A DNA stretch of 63,955 nucleotides, counting the filler, from Octopus bimaculoides (taxonomy: Eukaryota): assembly GCF_001194135.2 (NCBI RefSeq). It is 7 parts of 7 records of this genome, joined end to end, with 100 filler letters (N's around TTAATTAATTAA, not from the genome) between each part and the next. Parts side by side here need not be neighbours in the genome. Positions count along the whole stretch, not along the records: positions 59,857 to 62,303 come from NW_026297149.1; positions 62,404 to 63,955 come from NC_068982.1; 5 more parts are not named here. One strand, given 5' to 3'. A program made the translations under genes and the position numbers. Shown here one piece after another: positions 61,317-63,955 of the stretch (its first letter is position 1; each line of letters opens with the position of its first letter). The notes under the pieces are model-generated. The model saw only the letters and a program-made list of their open reading frames with translations, was not told the DNA's origin and did no database searches.

Positions 61317-62267
61317 TTGTGTGTGTGTGTGTGTGTATGTGTGTGTGTCTAAATTATTTCCTCCTGCTCACTGTGTGTGGATGCGTGTATATATGTACGT
61401 ATGAATACTTTCGCTCTTCTACTTATCTAAAGAATCACTGTCATTTTCTCCTATATGTACGTTTATATTCATTACTTTATCTTCTTTAAATTTGCAAACT
61501 ATGAATAAATTTAATTTTCGTGAGCCATACTAAGTCTCCTTTTAATACTGCCGCTCCGACTAAATAGACAATGTTATATTTGAATTTTAAGTTTAAACAG
61601 CTCTTACCCGTTTTTCAAACAAAAATCACACTTCATTTCTTTAATAATTCTTAGTCTATAATTTTGTTTACTTCTGTCTGCTTACTACACAATTCTAAAC
61701 TTATTTGTTTTGCGTCTTTCTAATTAATTATTCTAGTTGAAATTTCTTTGTTTTTATATTGATTTACATACGATTATGTTTGAATATTTGTTTTTGAATA
61801 AGTATTCTTTCTGTTCGCATATATTCCTCTACGGTTTGAGGTTTATAATTCTATTTGTTTTTGTCTGTATATGCATTTGTGCATGTTTATGCATACATAT
61901 AAACATCGATTTGTATATGTGTATGTTTGTATTCTATAAAACATTTGTAAAATTACGTGTCCGTGTATGTGTGTGTGTGTGCGTACGTACGTGTGATTGT
62001 TATATTTGTGTTCTTGTACAGTAAGTGCCATGTGTACGTTTACAGGTAGCTGTCAAATGGTAGTTTGTGTACAAGAATAACTGATCTCCGTACCAGGAAT
62101 GGGCGTTCGCAAAAGAAAATTCTTTACGGTCGGTGCGCAGCAAGAGATGACATGCGTTTTCTATGGTGATGTGCATGAGATAAAATTTTTATCAACAAAC
62201 TTAAGGAAGATCATACCTTCATTACCGCATGCTCGCACACATATACATCCATATGTATATATACATA

Positions 62268-62303
<36 letters not shown>

Positions 62304-62403
62304 NNNNNNNNNNNNNNNNNNNNNNNNNNNNNNNNNNNNNNNNNNNNTTAATTAATTAANNNNNNNNNNNNNNNNNNNNNNNNNNNNNNNNNNNNNNNNN
62401 NNN
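62304..62403. other. Artificial scaffold linker
   Basis: N44-TTAATTAATTAA(62348-59)-N44. Confidence 0.95.
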
Positions 62404-62692
62404 ACATATATATAAGTATATATATATATGTATGTATATATATATATGTATATATGTTTATATATATATGTATATATATGTATATACATATATATATGTA
62501 TATATATATGTACGTATATATATATGTACATGTATATGTATATATATATTATATATAAGTATATATTTATATATATATATTATATACATGCATATATAAG
62601 TACATATATATATATACGTATATGTATGCATATATACATACATACACACGCACACAAACATACATACATACATACATACATACGTACGTACA

Positions 62693-62726
<34 letters not shown>

Positions 62727-63139
62727 CATACATACAGATACCTGGCCTTTTGGTCATCATGCCTCCCTCTCGAAATATTGCTTTGAGTTTTACACTTCAA
62801 AATTGGGAGGAATCCTCTAACGAGGGCTTCATTAATATTAACTCCTCCCTTACACATGGGAAATATACAGACTGTCAAAATCTTGCCCTTAATAGAATTA
62901 AGTTGGCGTCATTTGTTCATGTGTGTCCAAGAAAGAAGAGAATTTTTTTAAAGAAATAAATAAATAAATGACACAAAAGTAACATATATTAATAAAACTG
63001 AAATCAACCCTAACCCTAATTGTCGTATCCTGATCTGATTTAAATCAGTTTCTTAGTCCTATAGATTATTCATTCCAGTTACTCACTGAGAATAAAAATA
63101 TTACAGATGATTGCTATGTATTTCATTACATTATGGCGT

Positions 63140-63520
63140 TAAAATGAGAGAATCGTTAGAATGTTGATAAAGAATAGCTTGCGGTATTTCTTCCGGTTTT
63201 TAAAATTCTGAATTCAAGTCTCAGCAAGATGAACTTTGCGGTTCGTTCTTTTGGGCTTGATAAAATAAAGTACCCGTTGAGTATTGGTGTCAATATAATC
63301 GATAAACCCCATTCCGCTACACTTGCTGGCTTTGTTCAATAATTTCAAAGAATTCATATTTAAAGTGGTGAAACGGCTGGATTATTAGTGCATCGGACAA
63401 AATGCCTAGCGTAATTTCTTCTACCTCCTTACTTTCTGAGTTCAAAGAATGCTGATGTGAACTTTATCTTTTCTCCTCACGGAGTCGATATATAGTACCA
63501 ATCAAGTACTAATGTCGTTA
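63140..63520 (+). mobile_element. Two ancient, highly diverged SINE family B copies in tandem
   Basis: agaatcgttag..ttctgaattcaag..gataaaataaagtacc (63140-63345) and ggacaaaatgcctagcg..ctgagttcaaa..ggagtcgatatatagtacc (63361-63520). Confidence 0.65.
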
Positions 63521-63955
63521 CTTACTTCCGTGCAGACATTTATGTATGTCTATAAGAGTACGAAGAAGCGAGGATTAAAATTAAGATCAGTGAATTTATT
63601 TCCAACATGTTCTTATAGACTAAAACATGAAAGGTATGAAACTTTTTCTTGAAGGAAAGTTCTTCCTTGAAGTCTTTGGGAGTAAAAGACACCCAGAATG
63701 ATTTCAGCAGTGTATAATTTGACGTCATACAAACTACAGTGAAATTTAAATATACTGCTATATACATATACGTATAATATGTGGCTAAAGAGAATCTGCC
63801 TTTAATTCAACAGCGCCTGATGGTGTGAATTCTAATCGAAATTTCTGATGTTCCGTAAGGTACTTTGCGAACAATACCCAATATATTTCTCAAGGAACGT
63901 GTGTTCAACTTATATAAATATAAGCATATAATAAGCATATATATATATATATATA

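Noticed and set aside
63006-63020. CCCTAACCCTAA
   Set aside because: Only two telomere-like units; not a telomeric or interstitial array.
26779-63767. Many CV/HT/YI/LS/ER/IYLS-repeat ORFs
   Set aside because: These are translations of (CA)n, (TA)n, (CT)n, (GATA)n and (CATA)n repeats with no domain content.

Overview
This is eukaryotic, AT-rich, gap-riddled genomic DNA saturated with microsatellites and decayed transposons. The SINE families, repeat density and base composition point to a coleoid cephalopod, most likely Octopus (inference). No complete gene, tRNA, rRNA or CRISPR array is present, and most ORFs in the supplied track are N-gap or microsatellite artefacts. The best-supported host-gene feature is a first coding exon on the minus strand (21026-20740). 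It has a mitochondrial-presequence-like N-terminus and an ETS promoter motif, and it resembles the mitochondrial rRNA methyltransferase MRM3/RNMTL1. An isolated plus-strand internal exon candidate (28432-28554) resembles the end of a C1q-type domain. Mobile elements include three Penelope-like elements (PLEs), three R4/Dong-like REL LINEs, two RTEs, three Tx1/L1-clade pieces, an L2/CR1 fragment, maT-mariner and Merlin fragments, five MITEs and many tRNA-derived SINEs. The most interesting observations are: (1) a near-intact variant minimal hammerhead ribozyme with a palindromic stem III at 9359-9404, part of a back-to-back fusion of two different PLE lineages, plus an inverted hammerhead pair at 22996-23074; (2) R4-like LINE ends sitting directly in (CATA)n or (CTA)n microsatellites, suggesting microsatellite targeting; (3) a 25-bp minisatellite born inside a LINE ORF2, with the unamplified ancestral state visible in a second copy in the same window; (4) a 692-bp composite SINE block bounded by an exact 16-bp duplication, suggesting SINE-mediated transduction. 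Six 100-bp N44-TTAATTAATTAA-N44 blocks are artificial scaffold linkers, so adjacency across them is not guaranteed. All family and gene assignments are by manual motif recognition and need database confirmation.
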